In this document: positions 51,900 through 62,109 of the stretch, one piece after another
Layout: the number at the start of each line of letters is the position of its first letter
Position numbering within the stretch: position 1 is the stretch's first letter
Assembly: GCA_963667015.2 (NCBI GenBank)
Contig: CAXXJJ010000004.1
Location: forward strand, 96,001 to 160,000
Direction: 5' to 3'
Length of the DNA stretch: 64,000 bases
Origin: Desulfatiglandales bacterium
Lineage (GTDB): Bacteria; Desulfobacterota; DSM-4660; Desulfatiglandales; HGW-15
Position numbers and translations under genes: made by a program
Notes under the pieces: model-generated
The model's input: the letters and a program-made list of their open reading frames with translations, nothing else
Database searches by the model: none
Told to the model about the DNA's origin: nothing

Positions 51900-53158
51900 C
51901 CATTATTCGGAAGGATCATTAAAGGGAGCATGACTTCAAAAGTAGTTTCAACATCGGGTTCACTATTTACTGTAACCGTGCCTTTATAGTTTTTGACGAT
52001 TCCATGGACTACAGAAAGCCCAAGCCCTGTACCTTCTCCTTTCTCCTTCGTTGTAAAGTACGGATCAAATATCTTTTCCATAGTGCCAAATGCTATTCCA
52101 GGGCCATTATCACTTATTACGAGTTTAAGATAACTGCCTGGCTTCATATTATTATTTACCAGTGAACTTTCAGGAATAAGTTTCGTAGTAGAGAGATCTA
52201 TCGCCAGAGTTCCACCATTTTCTTTCATGGCATGAATAGCATTTGTGCAAAGATTCATTATTACCTGATGGATCATAGTCGGAGATGCCTTTATCAGACC
52301 TGTGTTCTTGTTTATATTTTCCCTGATCTCTATATTCTCAGGAAGTGACACTCTTAGAAGTTTTATTACTTCACTGATAATAGGTGCCACCTGAATGGGT
52401 TCTTCATCATGTGCCTGGTAATTCTGTCTGCTGAATGACAGTATCTGGTTGATCAGGGATTTTGCCCGATCACATGCTTCAAGTATCTTGCCAAGTATAT
52501 TCGATACCTGTTTGTTATTATCTGCAAGGAGCATTGCTACTTCAGAGTATCCCACTATGCCTGAGAGTATGTTGTTAAAATCATGCGCAATACCGCTGGC
52601 GAGTGTTCCCATTGCCTCCATCTTCTGGGCATCTATCAGCTGGTCTGCAAGTTCATTTTTTTCTTTTTCGGTTTGCTTGATCTCTCTGTTCTGTTCAACA
52701 ACCTTAACCTTCAGTTTACTGTTTAGCTCAAGCAGCTGCTCATTCTGATCCCTGGTTATCTTCCAGAGTCTTCGGACTTCTGTTTTTGATTCGTAGAGAT
52801 CGATTGCATTCTTAACAGCGGTTTTTAATTCAACGACATCCCATGGTTTAAAAACAAACCTAAATATATTGCCCTGATTCATGGCATTTATTGCGACCTT
52901 GAGGTCCGCATGGGCTGTCATTATTATGCATACTGTGGCAGGACATTTTTCTTTTACCAACTGAAGCAGATTAATGCCTTCTATTTCGGGCATGACCTGA
53001 TCTGCGACCACTAGCGCAAAATCCTCAGTATCCAGAATGTTCAGGAGGTCTGAAGGGTGTTCAAATGTTCTGATTTTATATGGCTCATCCTTAAAAACCC
53101 ATTTCAAGGATTCAAGTACACCTGGCTCGTCGTCAATAAATGCTATCTGATGTTCCAT
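51896..53158 (-). CDS. Hybrid receiver-histidine kinase
   Basis: IDDE, DQVMP, KPW; AHDFNN, NLCTNA, DNGPG, GTGLGL; start 53158 preferred. Confidence 0.92.
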   Translation of the reverse strand: MEHQIAFIDDEPGVLESLKWVFKDEPYKIRTFEHPSDLLNILDTEDFALVVADQVMPEIEGINLLQLVKEKCPATVCIIMTAHADLKVAINAMNQGNIFRFVFKPWDVVELKTAVKNAIDLYESKTEVRRLWKITRDQNEQLLELNSKLKVKVVEQNREIKQTEKEKNELADQLIDAQKMEAMGTLASGIAHDFNNILSGIVGYSEVAMLLADNNKQVSNILGKILEACDRAKSLINQILSFSRQNYQAHDEEPIQVAPIISEVIKLLRVSLPENIEIRENINKNTGLIKASPTMIHQVIMNLCTNAIHAMKENGGTLAIDLSTTKLIPESSLVNNNMKPGSYLKLVISDNGPGIAFGTMEKIFDPYFTTKEKGEGTGLGLSVVHGIVKNYKGTVTVNSEPDVETTFEVMLPLMILPNNG

Positions 53159-53258
53159 TTTTATCTCAAAATTAGTTGATGTTATACTCGGAAAGAGAAG
53201 ATAATAAAAAGCATTATTTTTCAAGTAAAAATAAATTATTTTTCTCATCTTCATTTTT

Positions 53259-53272
53259 TTGACATAGATCAA
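53259..53272 (+). promoter_or_regulatory. Crp/Fnr-family (HcpR-like) box upstream of hcp
   Basis: TTGAC-ATAG-ATCAA versus consensus TTGAT-N4-ATCAA, 80 bp before hcp. Confidence 0.7.
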
Positions 53273-53352
53273 TGTAATGAATGCCGAATTTAATTATCAT
53301 CGGTTTAAAGAATTACAGGGACATACTTTAAACTATAAAGAGGAGATAAATT

Positions 53353-54981
53353 ATGTTTTGTTATCAATGTGAACAGGCGGCTAAAGGAGAGGGATGTACA
53401 AAAATAGGTGTATGTGGCAAACAACCGGATGTTGCAGCATTACAGGATCTGCTCATTCACCTGCTTAAAGGATTGTCCCTTTATGCAGTTGAAGGCAGAA
53501 AAGTCGGAATAAATGACCATGATGTTAATGTGTTCACCTGTAAAGCGACATTTTCTACGCTTACCAATGTTGATTTTGACAGCAGCAGGTTTGTGGACCT
53601 GATAAATGAATGTGCCAGATTGCGGGATCAGCTTAAAAAGAAGGTTGCTGATACAGGAGGAAAAACTGATTTCTCTGATGATTCAGCTACATATGTTCCC
53701 GGAAATTCTTTAAGTGAACTCGTTTCCAAGGGAGAAACAGTTGGCCTGAAGTCTGATACTTCAATTGATTCTGATATACTTGCACTTCAGCATACCACAT
53801 TATTCGGTATTAAAGGCTTGTGCGCATATGCAGACCATGCGCAGCTTTTAGGGCAGGAAGATGAGAGTGTGTATGCCTATATCCATGAAGGATTGGCTTC
53901 TATGCTCAATCATAGTCTATCTCTTAATGACTGGGTTGGACTTGCCCTTAAATGCGGTGAAGTAAATCTTAAAGCAATGGAACTGCTTGATACCGGTCAT
54001 ACAACCAGGTATGGACATCCTGTTCCCACCGTTGTTCCTTTAGGTGCAAAGAAGGGAAAGGCAATACTCGTTTCAGGCCATGATCTGATAGACCTGGAAA
54101 CAATATTGAAACAGACCGAAGGGAAGGGGATTAATATCTATACCCATGGAGAAATGCTTCCAACCCATGGATATCCCAATCTTAAGAAATACAATCACTT
54201 TTATGGTCATTACGGGACAGCCTGGCAGAATCAGGCAAAGGAATTCGCCGAATTCCCTGGAGCTATCCTTATGACAACAAACTGTATCCAAAAACCTTTG
54301 GAAAGTTATTCGAATAATATATTTACAACAGGACTTGTAGGATGGCCTGGTGTCAGGCATGTTTCAAATAACGATTTTTCAGATGTTATCGAAAAAGCCC
54401 TTGAAATGCCTGGATTTGCATCTGATACAGATAAAGGCTCTGTTATGTGCGGATTTGGGCATAATGCTGTTATGGGTGTTGCTGACAAGGTTATTGAGGC
54501 TGTGAAGTCTGGAGCTATAAAACATTTTTTCCTTGTTGCCGGTTGTGACGGCGCTAAACCCGGTAGGAACTACTACACGGAATTTGTAGAAAAGGTGCCT
54601 TCTGACAGTGTAGTTCTTACACTGGCCTGTGGAAAATTTCGTTTCTTTGATAAAAAGCTTGGAGATATAGGTGGTATTCCAAGGCTTCTTGATATCGGGC
54701 AGTGTAATGATGCATATTCTGCAATACAGATAGCCGTTGCTCTTTCACAGGCTTTTGATTGCGGGGTGAATGATCTTCCGCTTTCAATGATACTTTCATG
54801 GTATGAACAAAAGGCGTGTGCAATTCTGCTGACTCTCTTATATCTGGGTATAAAAGACATAAGGCTTGGCCCGTCTCTTCCAGCTTTTATAACACCCAAT
54901 GTGCTTAATGTACTGGTAGAAAATTTCAATATAATGCCAATTTCAACACCTGATGAGGATTTGAAGGCAATCCTCGGCTAG
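53353..54981 (+). CDS. hcp: Hybrid cluster protein (hydroxylamine/NO reductase)
   Basis: MFCYQCEQ...C...CGK, SGHDL, HGEMLP, GCDG, GQCND, SWYEQK. Confidence 0.96.
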   Translation: MFCYQCEQAAKGEGCTKIGVCGKQPDVAALQDLLIHLLKGLSLYAVEGRKVGINDHDVNVFTCKATFSTLTNVDFDSSRFVDLINECARLRDQLKKKVADTGGKTDFSDDSATYVPGNSLSELVSKGETVGLKSDTSIDSDILALQHTTLFGIKGLCAYADHAQLLGQEDESVYAYIHEGLASMLNHSLSLNDWVGLALKCGEVNLKAMELLDTGHTTRYGHPVPTVVPLGAKKGKAILVSGHDLIDLETILKQTEGKGINIYTHGEMLPTHGYPNLKKYNHFYGHYGTAWQNQAKEFAEFPGAILMTTNCIQKPLESYSNNIFTTGLVGWPGVRHVSNNDFSDVIEKALEMPGFASDTDKGSVMCGFGHNAVMGVADKVIEAVKSGAIKHFFLVAGCDGAKPGRNYYTEFVEKVPSDSVVLTLACGKFRFFDKKLGDIGGIPRLLDIGQCNDAYSAIQIAVALSQAFDCGVNDLPLSMILSWYEQKACAILLTLLYLGIKDIRLGPSLPAFITPNVLNVLVENFNIMPISTPDEDLKAILG

Positions 54982-54999
54982 TAGTATTTCCGTTCCTCT

Positions 55000-55040
55000 A
55001 TCCTGTCCCCTACCTTAATTTACCGTAGGGGACAGGAATA
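55000..55040 (+). terminator. Hairpin after hcp
   Basis: TCCTGTCCCCTAC...GTAGGGGACAGGA. Confidence 0.65.
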
Positions 55041-55062
55041 TTTACCCTCCTTGAATCATTCC

Positions 55063-55091
55063 TTGACACACTTTGCAGCATTAAATATAAT
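55063..55091 (+). promoter_or_regulatory. Consensus sigma70 promoter
   Basis: TTGACA-N17-TATAAT exactly. Confidence 0.8.
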
Positions 55092-55171
55092 TTTTTCTTT
55101 AAATTATTGTCACTTTACTTATAAATTGCCCGGTACAATCGGGAAAGGTTTTATGAAAGGAGAACATTTAA

Positions 55172-55675
55172 ATGTCAGAGTCAAAATATGGGCCGTATAT
55201 CTGCACTGATTTGAAACATATCGAACAGATGCCCGGTTACAAAGGTGATCAAAAAATCGGGAGAGGATATGATGATGAAGGGTACCGCCTCTCTCTGGAG
55301 CATATTAATTGGATGGATGGAGATGTGATTCCCGGTGCCTTTTATGGAGAAAGTACATGGATTTGGCCTCCAACATTTAAAGATCAAAGGCCAAAACCCA
55401 TTATGACACGGGAAGAGATGGAAAAAAAGGAGGGAATTGCCCCTCATGCCCACGAATTTTCAGAAGTACTCACAATGTTTGGCACTAATCCTGACGACCC
55501 GAGTTATTTGGGAATGACAATAGAATTCTGGATGGAAGACGAAAAATTTATTATTGATAAAAGCTTCCTTGTTTATATACCTGCCGGTATGGTGCATTGC
55601 CCCCTGAAGGTGCTGAGCCCTATGGAAATCCCAATATTCCATTATACCGTGGGGCCGGGCCAGACATATGAATAG
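55172..55675 (+). CDS. Cupin-fold protein
   Basis: PHAHEFSE...GTNPDDP..LG..IEF...YIPAGMVHCP. Confidence 0.75.
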   Translation: MSESKYGPYICTDLKHIEQMPGYKGDQKIGRGYDDEGYRLSLEHINWMDGDVIPGAFYGESTWIWPPTFKDQRPKPIMTREEMEKKEGIAPHAHEFSEVLTMFGTNPDDPSYLGMTIEFWMEDEKFIIDKSFLVYIPAGMVHCPLKVLSPMEIPIFHYTVGPGQTYE

Positions 55676-55728
55676 GAAAAAGCAAGCATAATATAAGCTA
55701 ATAAAGCAATCTATTTCAAGGAGATAAA

Positions 55729-56166
55729 ATGGCGGAAAAGAACCATTCAAAATATTTTGTATGGGCAGATAAACCGAATCTGACATACCCATCATACAGA
55801 CCGAAACTGGACCCAAATCTTTTTAGAAAGATCGTTTATCTAGATGCTGATGTAGTAGAAGAAACAGACTTTTACAGCGAAGCCATGTGGATAGTACCTG
55901 GCGAGGCATTTAACAAAGGGGTTACACATGTTGAAGCTCATTCTCACACCTGGGGAGAATTTATAGGTTTTTACGGATATAATTATGACAATATATACGA
56001 TCTCGGCGGTGAGATAGAGTTTACCATCGATGGAAAGACCTATAATATAACCGAGAGTTTTGCTTCATATATCCCGGCAGGAATTGAGCACGGTCCATTA
56101 ATTATCAAGAATGTTACTCGACCGATTATGCATTTTACGGCCGGGCCGACTCTGAGATATGAATAG
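55729..56166 (+). CDS. Cupin-fold protein, paralogue
   Basis: AHSHTWGE...LGGEIEF...YIPAGIEHGP. Confidence 0.75.
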   Translation: MAEKNHSKYFVWADKPNLTYPSYRPKLDPNLFRKIVYLDADVVEETDFYSEAMWIVPGEAFNKGVTHVEAHSHTWGEFIGFYGYNYDNIYDLGGEIEFTIDGKTYNITESFASYIPAGIEHGPLIIKNVTRPIMHFTAGPTLRYE

Positions 56167-56207
56167 CTCAGGGAATTTATAGAAACTTACCTGATAGAAC
56201 TATAACA

Positions 56208-56242
56208 AAATCCCTGTAAGCTTAACAGGCTACAGGGGTTTT
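56208..56242 (+). terminator. Intrinsic terminator
   Basis: AAATCCCTGTA...TACAGGGGTTTT. Confidence 0.6.
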
Positions 56243-56339
56243 GGTCTCATTTAGACTTAAGAAATTATATTCTGCACTGAAAAATCGTTAATACTGCTCC
56301 CAAAATCGTTAATTTTTAGTTTTAACAATATGTTAGAAT

Positions 56340-56386
56340 ATACTATATATTGAGTGGGTTTATATTGAATACCCTATATTTTGTTG
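56340..56386. promoter_or_regulatory. Tandem NrdR-box-like sites
   Basis: ATACTATATATTGAGT (56340) and ACCCTATATTTTGTTG (56371), 31 bp apart; the second overlaps TTGACA at 56384. Confidence 0.5.
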
Positions 56387-56533
56387 ACATTCTGAATTTA
56401 ATAATGTATAGGCATTTAATATAACTGATAATTTTATTATTTTTATTGCTAAGAGCTGGATACAGGATAACGAACAGAAGCTGTTAACTAATATTATATG
56501 CCTTTAATCAAGTGGTAGAATGAATAAAATCTA

Positions 56534-58696
56534 ATGACTCAATGGAATTCATCATATTATCGTAATAAAAATTACAATAGGATAATAAAAGGTTCAATTG
56601 ACTCAATTATTTATGATGTCCATTTTCTCCCAGTTGAGCCCGAGATCTGCTCGGTATTTCTTGAATCGATAAAAAAACAAAACTATTCATCAACGGATCT
56701 TACAAAATTTATTACGCTAAGCCCTTCGCTTACCTTTAATTTACTAAATCTTGTTCATTCATCTTTTTATGGAAATAAAAATATTACCAGTCTCAATGAT
56801 GCATTAAAGGCAATAGGAAATGATATTGTCATCCATCTGATAAAAGACTTTTTAATTCGATCATCTGCCTTAAATAAAAGTCATAACATAGAGCCTGGTA
56901 TAAACAGTCATTATTATGGTTCCTTAAAGAGTGCACATCTGGCAACTCTGGTCTCTGAGGAGCTTAAATTTTCATCTCCATTTACAGCATACACTGCAGC
57001 GCTTCTACATAATGTTGGATCAATTGTTCTGAAAAACAGGTTCCCCATACAATATGACAAACTAAGTTCATCAGTAAACAATTCTTATTTAGAGCAGGTA
57101 TCAGAAGAAGAGTATACACTGGGGGTAAATCATTGTTATCTGGGCGCTCGAATGATTGAACACTGGGATTCTTTTCCGTTCATTGCTGATGCGCTTTTTT
57201 ATCATCACCACCCTTTAAAAAAAGTAAAGCAGGCAAGTAAGCTTGTACAACTGATTTATTTTTCCGGTATGTTGGATAACCAGAGAGAAGCAGACTTGTC
57301 CCTTATTATTGAGACAGGTAAAGAGCTGTTTAATTTTTCTGCCGACCAGATTAATGAGTATATATCAATAGCAGAATTGAAAGTACAGAATCGTCTCCTC
57401 CATCTGGGAATTGAGGTATCAGATAATTACAGCTCTGTCGTATATCGATCGAATTATCTAAGAGAAACAGTTAGTTATAGTGATATGGATAATAATTCAC
57501 TGCTGTCGACACTGATTGATCACGTCCGTAACTCTGAAGATGAAAAGGATGTTTTAAAGCAAATTGGTAAATCAATACATCTTTTAACAGGATTAAGTGA
57601 AATATTATATTTTAAACATAATAAAGACAATAATTCACTTGATGGTTACTATTTGAAGAGCCCTGAAAATACGGAATTCTCCAATGATTTTTCTATCCCG
57701 ATGAATGCAAAGAGCAGCATTATTGTTACTTCCTTTTTAATGGGGCTGGACATTAACTCGCTGGATAGAGTCAGTAACGCAGAACCTGCCCTCTTTGATC
57801 TGCAAATAGCAAATTATTTGGGATTAGACGGGCTTTATTGTCTGCCTCTGGTTGATGGGGACAAAACAATAGGAGTTATTGTCCTGGGAATCAATCCCGG
57901 TGGAATAGCATTAGAATCCGAGACTGTAAAAAGACTTTGCCGTTTTACAGAGGCCGTGGTTCCCCTTCTCTCGGATGAAGAGGTTAAGGAGAGCACCGAA
58001 TCTGCAGATATTAAAAATGCTGAATCAAGTTTACTGCAGACCCGAAAATTAATCCATGAGATTAATAATCCATTAAGCGCTATAAAGAACTATCTTAAGG
58101 TGCTCGGCATGAAGCTGGATGATATAAATGTAGAGAATGATGAGATCAGGATCATGGATGATGAATTAAACCGTATTGCCAAACTGTTAAAAGAATTTAA
58201 ATCTTCTTCATCCGATAAAAATAAAACAACAACATCAAGCCTGAATAGGATCATTTCAGATACCATCCTCCTTATAAAAAACAGCCGGGTAAATGGACCT
58301 GAAATTAGCATAGGCTTTGAAATGGATGAAGATACCCCTGATATAATGATTGATAAAGATGCTTTCAGGCAGGTGTTGATAAACCTGATTAACAATTCAA
58401 TTGAAGCCATGCCCATGGGCGGTAATATTTCATTGGATGTTCGATATAAAAATGGTCTGCAGCAGGGAAACAATAATGGGAAGGTAATTGAGATATCAAT
58501 AGTGGATAATGGACCTGGCTTTCCTGATCATTTAAAATCGAATCTCTTTAAAAATCAATCAACGACAAAGGCAGATCATGATGGCATTGGTTTATTGATA
58601 GTACACGAACTTGTGAAAAAGATGGGAGGCAATGTCATTCTTGATGAACATTCCGATAAGGGTGCATGTTTTAAAATAACACTGCCGGTGAATTAA
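56534..58696 (+). CDS. HDOD-GAF-histidine kinase
   Basis: HDOD (ALLHNVG, NHCYLG, YHH); GAF (CLPL...IGVIVLG); HEINNPL, NLINNS, DNGPG, GIGL. Confidence 0.88.
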   Translation: MTQWNSSYYRNKNYNRIIKGSIDSIIYDVHFLPVEPEICSVFLESIKKQNYSSTDLTKFITLSPSLTFNLLNLVHSSFYGNKNITSLNDALKAIGNDIVIHLIKDFLIRSSALNKSHNIEPGINSHYYGSLKSAHLATLVSEELKFSSPFTAYTAALLHNVGSIVLKNRFPIQYDKLSSSVNNSYLEQVSEEEYTLGVNHCYLGARMIEHWDSFPFIADALFYHHHPLKKVKQASKLVQLIYFSGMLDNQREADLSLIIETGKELFNFSADQINEYISIAELKVQNRLLHLGIEVSDNYSSVVYRSNYLRETVSYSDMDNNSLLSTLIDHVRNSEDEKDVLKQIGKSIHLLTGLSEILYFKHNKDNNSLDGYYLKSPENTEFSNDFSIPMNAKSSIIVTSFLMGLDINSLDRVSNAEPALFDLQIANYLGLDGLYCLPLVDGDKTIGVIVLGINPGGIALESETVKRLCRFTEAVVPLLSDEEVKESTESADIKNAESSLLQTRKLIHEINNPLSAIKNYLKVLGMKLDDINVENDEIRIMDDELNRIAKLLKEFKSSSSDKNKTTTSSLNRIISDTILLIKNSRVNGPEISIGFEMDEDTPDIMIDKDAFRQVLINLINNSIEAMPMGGNISLDVRYKNGLQQGNNNGKVIEISIVDNGPGFPDHLKSNLFKNQSTTKADHDGIGLLIVHELVKKMGGNVILDEHSDKGACFKITLPVN

Positions 58697-58772
58697 CGAA
58701 TTTAAATAATAATATTAAAAACTATAAATATTAGATCATGAAAAATGTTTGTACCCTTTTAAAGGAGTTTTT

Positions 58773-60704
58773 ATGGAGCCAGCCCCTAAGATATTAATTG
58801 TTGATGATGATGCGGTTGTGGCAGCAAGTGTCAAGGCTGTGCTTGACAGAAGAGCGTATGAAATCACGGTTACCAATGATGCCCTTAAAGGAGTTGAATT
58901 CCTTCATCAAAAACAATTCGATCTGGCTATTCTGGATGTTATGATGCCTGTAATGAGTGGTTTTCAGATTATGGAATCTGTAAAGGATTTAAATCTTGAT
59001 ACCATGTTCATTATTATGACCGGTGACACTTCAATGGATTCAGCCATAAAGGCAATAAGGAAAGGGGCCTCGGATTACATCAGGAAGCCTTTTGATGCTG
59101 ATGAACTGATGATAAGAGTGGAAAATGCTATAAGACATAAAAAATCAAAGGATGAGAAGAGATTAATTCAATCAGAAAAAAAACAACTGGAGATGCAACT
59201 ACGTCAATCTCAAAAAATGGAGGCAATAGGTACCCTGGCTGGAGGTATGGCCCATGATTTTAACAATACTCTGGGCATAATAATCGGGAATACTGAACTT
59301 GCAATCAGAACAACCCCGAAGGAGAGCCCGAACAGGCAGTACCTGAATAACATAATCACCGCGAGTTGCCGGGCTGAAGAGATGGTCAGCCGACTATTGA
59401 GTTTTTCCAGGATCACAGATGCAGAGAAAAAACCGATCGATCTTATATCAAGTGTTGATGAATCACTGAAACTACTCAGATCAAGTCTACCTTCAGATAT
59501 AGAAATAAAAAAGTGTTTTCCGGAATCTCAGCTTGTTATCATGGGTGATCCGACCCAACTCAACCAGGTTATGGTTAATATCTGCACAAATGCGGCTCAT
59601 GCAATAAACGGGGAAGGGGGAATACTTGAGATAAATATAGGCACCAGGGAAATCGATTTAAATCCCCTTAGCTCATTTAATGGATTACCACAGGGTCATT
59701 ATGCCGAAATCACAATAAGGGACACCGGGCATGGAATGCCGGAGGATGTTATAAAGCGTGTATTCGATCCCTATTTCACAACAAAGGAGACCGGAAAAGG
59801 AACAGGTATGGGGCTTGCTGTTGTGCATGGTATTGTTAAAAATCATGGCGGCTCTATTAAGGTAGAAAGCAGGGTTAATGAAGGAACTGTATTTACCATT
59901 TATGTTCCCCTTATCGATGCAATTGTAGAAAACAAACCTTCGGTTGATATAGAGTGTCTTCCGGGTGGAAAAGAAAGTATATTGCTTGTTGATGACGAAT
60001 ATATGATCGCTGATACAATGAAGATAATGATGGAGCAGCTTGGGTACAGAGTCAAGGCATTCACTGAAAGCGGTCGTGCTCTTGAGGTATTTGAAAGTAA
60101 TCCCCATGCCTTTGATCTTGTGATCACTGACATGACAATGCCGAGGATGACGGGCGATATTCTTGCCTCAAAGATCCAGGATATAAGGGATGACACGCCT
60201 GTTATAATCTGCACAGGTTTTAATAACAGGATTGATCCTGAAGGATTAAAAAGCAAAGGCATATGTGAAATCCTGACCAAGCCGGTAAGGACTACCATAC
60301 TGGCAAAGGCTATCAAGAATGTTCTGAACGCCAGTAGCAAAGATAGACGAATGGAAGAAAGGTTTGCTACAAATGAGGACATCTTTGTTGTTTCCAGTTC
60401 CAAACCTGAAAAGAAGCACAGCCTTCTGGATATAAGCCGCTCAGGAATGGCCTTTAAGTATTACAGCATAAAAAACCAGATGGTTGAAAATGGCAAATAT
60501 TCTATAATGACCTCAGATAAAAGATTTGTGCTCGAAAATATCCTGTGTAAAACCGTATCAGATACGGTTTTAAACCATTCCAATGATCTTATGGATGTTT
60601 CTGTTCGAAGGCGGGGAATTCAATTCAAGGATCTCACATTAAGTCAGTATGAGTCTTTAGGTTATTTACTGGAAAATTATTCAAGAGAAGCTGTTAACGC
60701 ATAA
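58773..60704 (+). CDS. Hybrid REC-HisKA-HATPase-REC kinase with C-terminal PilZ
   Basis: Two receivers; AHDFNN; PilZ motifs RRMEER and DISRSG; RBS AAAGGAG. Confidence 0.9.
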   Translation: MEPAPKILIVDDDAVVAASVKAVLDRRAYEITVTNDALKGVEFLHQKQFDLAILDVMMPVMSGFQIMESVKDLNLDTMFIIMTGDTSMDSAIKAIRKGASDYIRKPFDADELMIRVENAIRHKKSKDEKRLIQSEKKQLEMQLRQSQKMEAIGTLAGGMAHDFNNTLGIIIGNTELAIRTTPKESPNRQYLNNIITASCRAEEMVSRLLSFSRITDAEKKPIDLISSVDESLKLLRSSLPSDIEIKKCFPESQLVIMGDPTQLNQVMVNICTNAAHAINGEGGILEINIGTREIDLNPLSSFNGLPQGHYAEITIRDTGHGMPEDVIKRVFDPYFTTKETGKGTGMGLAVVHGIVKNHGGSIKVESRVNEGTVFTIYVPLIDAIVENKPSVDIECLPGGKESILLVDDEYMIADTMKIMMEQLGYRVKAFTESGRALEVFESNPHAFDLVITDMTMPRMTGDILASKIQDIRDDTPVIICTGFNNRIDPEGLKSKGICEILTKPVRTTILAKAIKNVLNASSKDRRMEERFATNEDIFVVSSSKPEKKHSLLDISRSGMAFKYYSIKNQMVENGKYSIMTSDKRFVLENILCKTVSDTVLNHSNDLMDVSVRRRGIQFKDLTLSQYESLGYLLENYSREAVNA

Positions 60705-60726
60705 GGTTTTTTTAAAGACATAAACA

Positions 60727-60759
60727 AAGGGGGCTGTTTTAAAGCCCCCGTTTATTTTC
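60727..60759. terminator. Hairpin between convergent genes
   Basis: GGGGGCT...AGCCCCC flanked by A/T tracts. Confidence 0.65.
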
Positions 60760-60776
60760 CTGTTAGAGAATTATTA

Positions 60777-61703
60777 TTACTTAACATCCCATTCAAAGTT
60801 CGCATCAGCCGCATATTGTTCAACAGTGCCTGCATCAAGCATTATAGCCATTTCAATAAATGGTTTCTTGACATCATACCATACGAGCGGACCATGGGTT
60901 ACTCCCTTGGGGAGCCAGATACAGTAATTAGTATCAAATTCCAGTTGATCATTCCCTACATCAAATCTCATATGTCCGCCAAGATCAGTCGGATTATCAG
61001 GATCGCTACCGAAGTGAATAACGATTTCATCAAAGTTATAATGGGTCATTCTTGGAAGGGGTGGCTCAACCGGAGCCCAGATAGGTCCGAACTCAATATA
61101 GTTATTGTTGGCCTTGCATTGCCTTGAGCTCATATATGTCATGGTCGGATACATTCTGAACGGTCCCTGGCGTGAGTCGCCGGCTTCTCTCATGGGGCTC
61201 CTTATAACATACTGCTCGTAATCTGTTTCATCGGTTTTTTGGGGGAGACCGTCTTTAGGTTCAAAAATACCGCTTCCGGTAAGAATAGAACTGTTGCCGG
61301 TTCCGAGTATGAACTCCATCATAATATGAGGACGATTCACCTTCAACCAGTTTACCGGACCCAGCCTCATTCCCTTCGGTATAAAAAGACTTGTGGTGTT
61401 GCTGAACTCGGTTCTTTGCCCGCTAATATAACATTCGATAGTGGCCCCCAGGCTCTGGGGGTTTTTATGGTCAGTACCCCAGAATATATAAATTCTGTCG
61501 TAATCAATCGCGTGTTCAAATATGTGTGGTTCAGGTACCGAAGTAATAAAGCTAAGATCAATATGATAGGGTACACCAGGGAACAGTTTATCGTTCAGGT
61601 AGGTCATGATAGGTTCACGTCCCTTTACCTTGGGGAACAGACTCATATCAGGTGTTCTTATTGCATACTTCTCATATTCTGATTGTGTTATTAAATCAGC
61701 CAT
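60777..61703 (-). CDS. Tandem (double) cupin-fold protein
   Basis: Two repeats YE.Y.IR.P...G.D..NP..LG...PKG...GP; RBS AAGGAGG. Confidence 0.72.
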   Translation of the reverse strand: MADLITQSEYEKYAIRTPDMSLFPKVKGREPIMTYLNDKLFPGVPYHIDLSFITSVPEPHIFEHAIDYDRIYIFWGTDHKNPQSLGATIECYISGQRTEFSNTTSLFIPKGMRLGPVNWLKVNRPHIMMEFILGTGNSSILTGSGIFEPKDGLPQKTDETDYEQYVIRSPMREAGDSRQGPFRMYPTMTYMSSRQCKANNNYIEFGPIWAPVEPPLPRMTHYNFDEIVIHFGSDPDNPTDLGGHMRFDVGNDQLEFDTNYCIWLPKGVTHGPLVWYDVKKPFIEMAIMLDAGTVEQYAADANFEWDVK

Positions 61704-61884
61704 GGGAAACATCCTCCTTAAAAAATAATTGCTTTAATCTGAAATTATAAAAATGAACATATTCTCAAGGACTATAAGATATGTCAAGGTAATCCATTCA
61801 TTATAATGCCAGTAAAAAGAGATGAAAATACAAAATCTTTTTGGAGTAAACGGCGTTATATCTATTAATGAAAAGCAAATATGC

Positions 61885-62109
61885 TCAGATCAGCTTTGCC
61901 CTTATTAAACCTCTGCCCGATGTTTTTTTATGTTTTTTTAACTTGAATTGAAGGCAGTTCATACCTGAATTTTTTAGAACCGCAATTGAAGGAAGTTCCC
62001 TGCTTTTAAATCCCATGGATCTGCATCCGTAGGGAAAACTCTTTTCCCAGGTTATATAGTAATGTTCACATTTGTTACAGTTGGGTTGGATATCAGGAGA
62101 GTATTTCAT
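61885..62109 (-). CDS. Small Cys-rich conserved protein
   Basis: CNKCEHYYITWEKSFPYGCRSMGFKS...C; overlaps the upstream gene's end. Confidence 0.7.
   Translation of the reverse strand: MKYSPDIQPNCNKCEHYYITWEKSFPYGCRSMGFKSRELPSIAVLKNSGMNCLQFKLKKHKKTSGRGLIRAKLI

Noticed and set aside
53159..53272. Extended N-terminus of the hybrid kinase in the ORF track
   Set aside because: AT-rich promoter DNA containing the hcp box; the receiver domain begins at 53158
61885..62109. Uracil-DNA glycosylase label sometimes given to similar small proteins
   Set aside because: Only 74 aa with no UDG catalytic motifs
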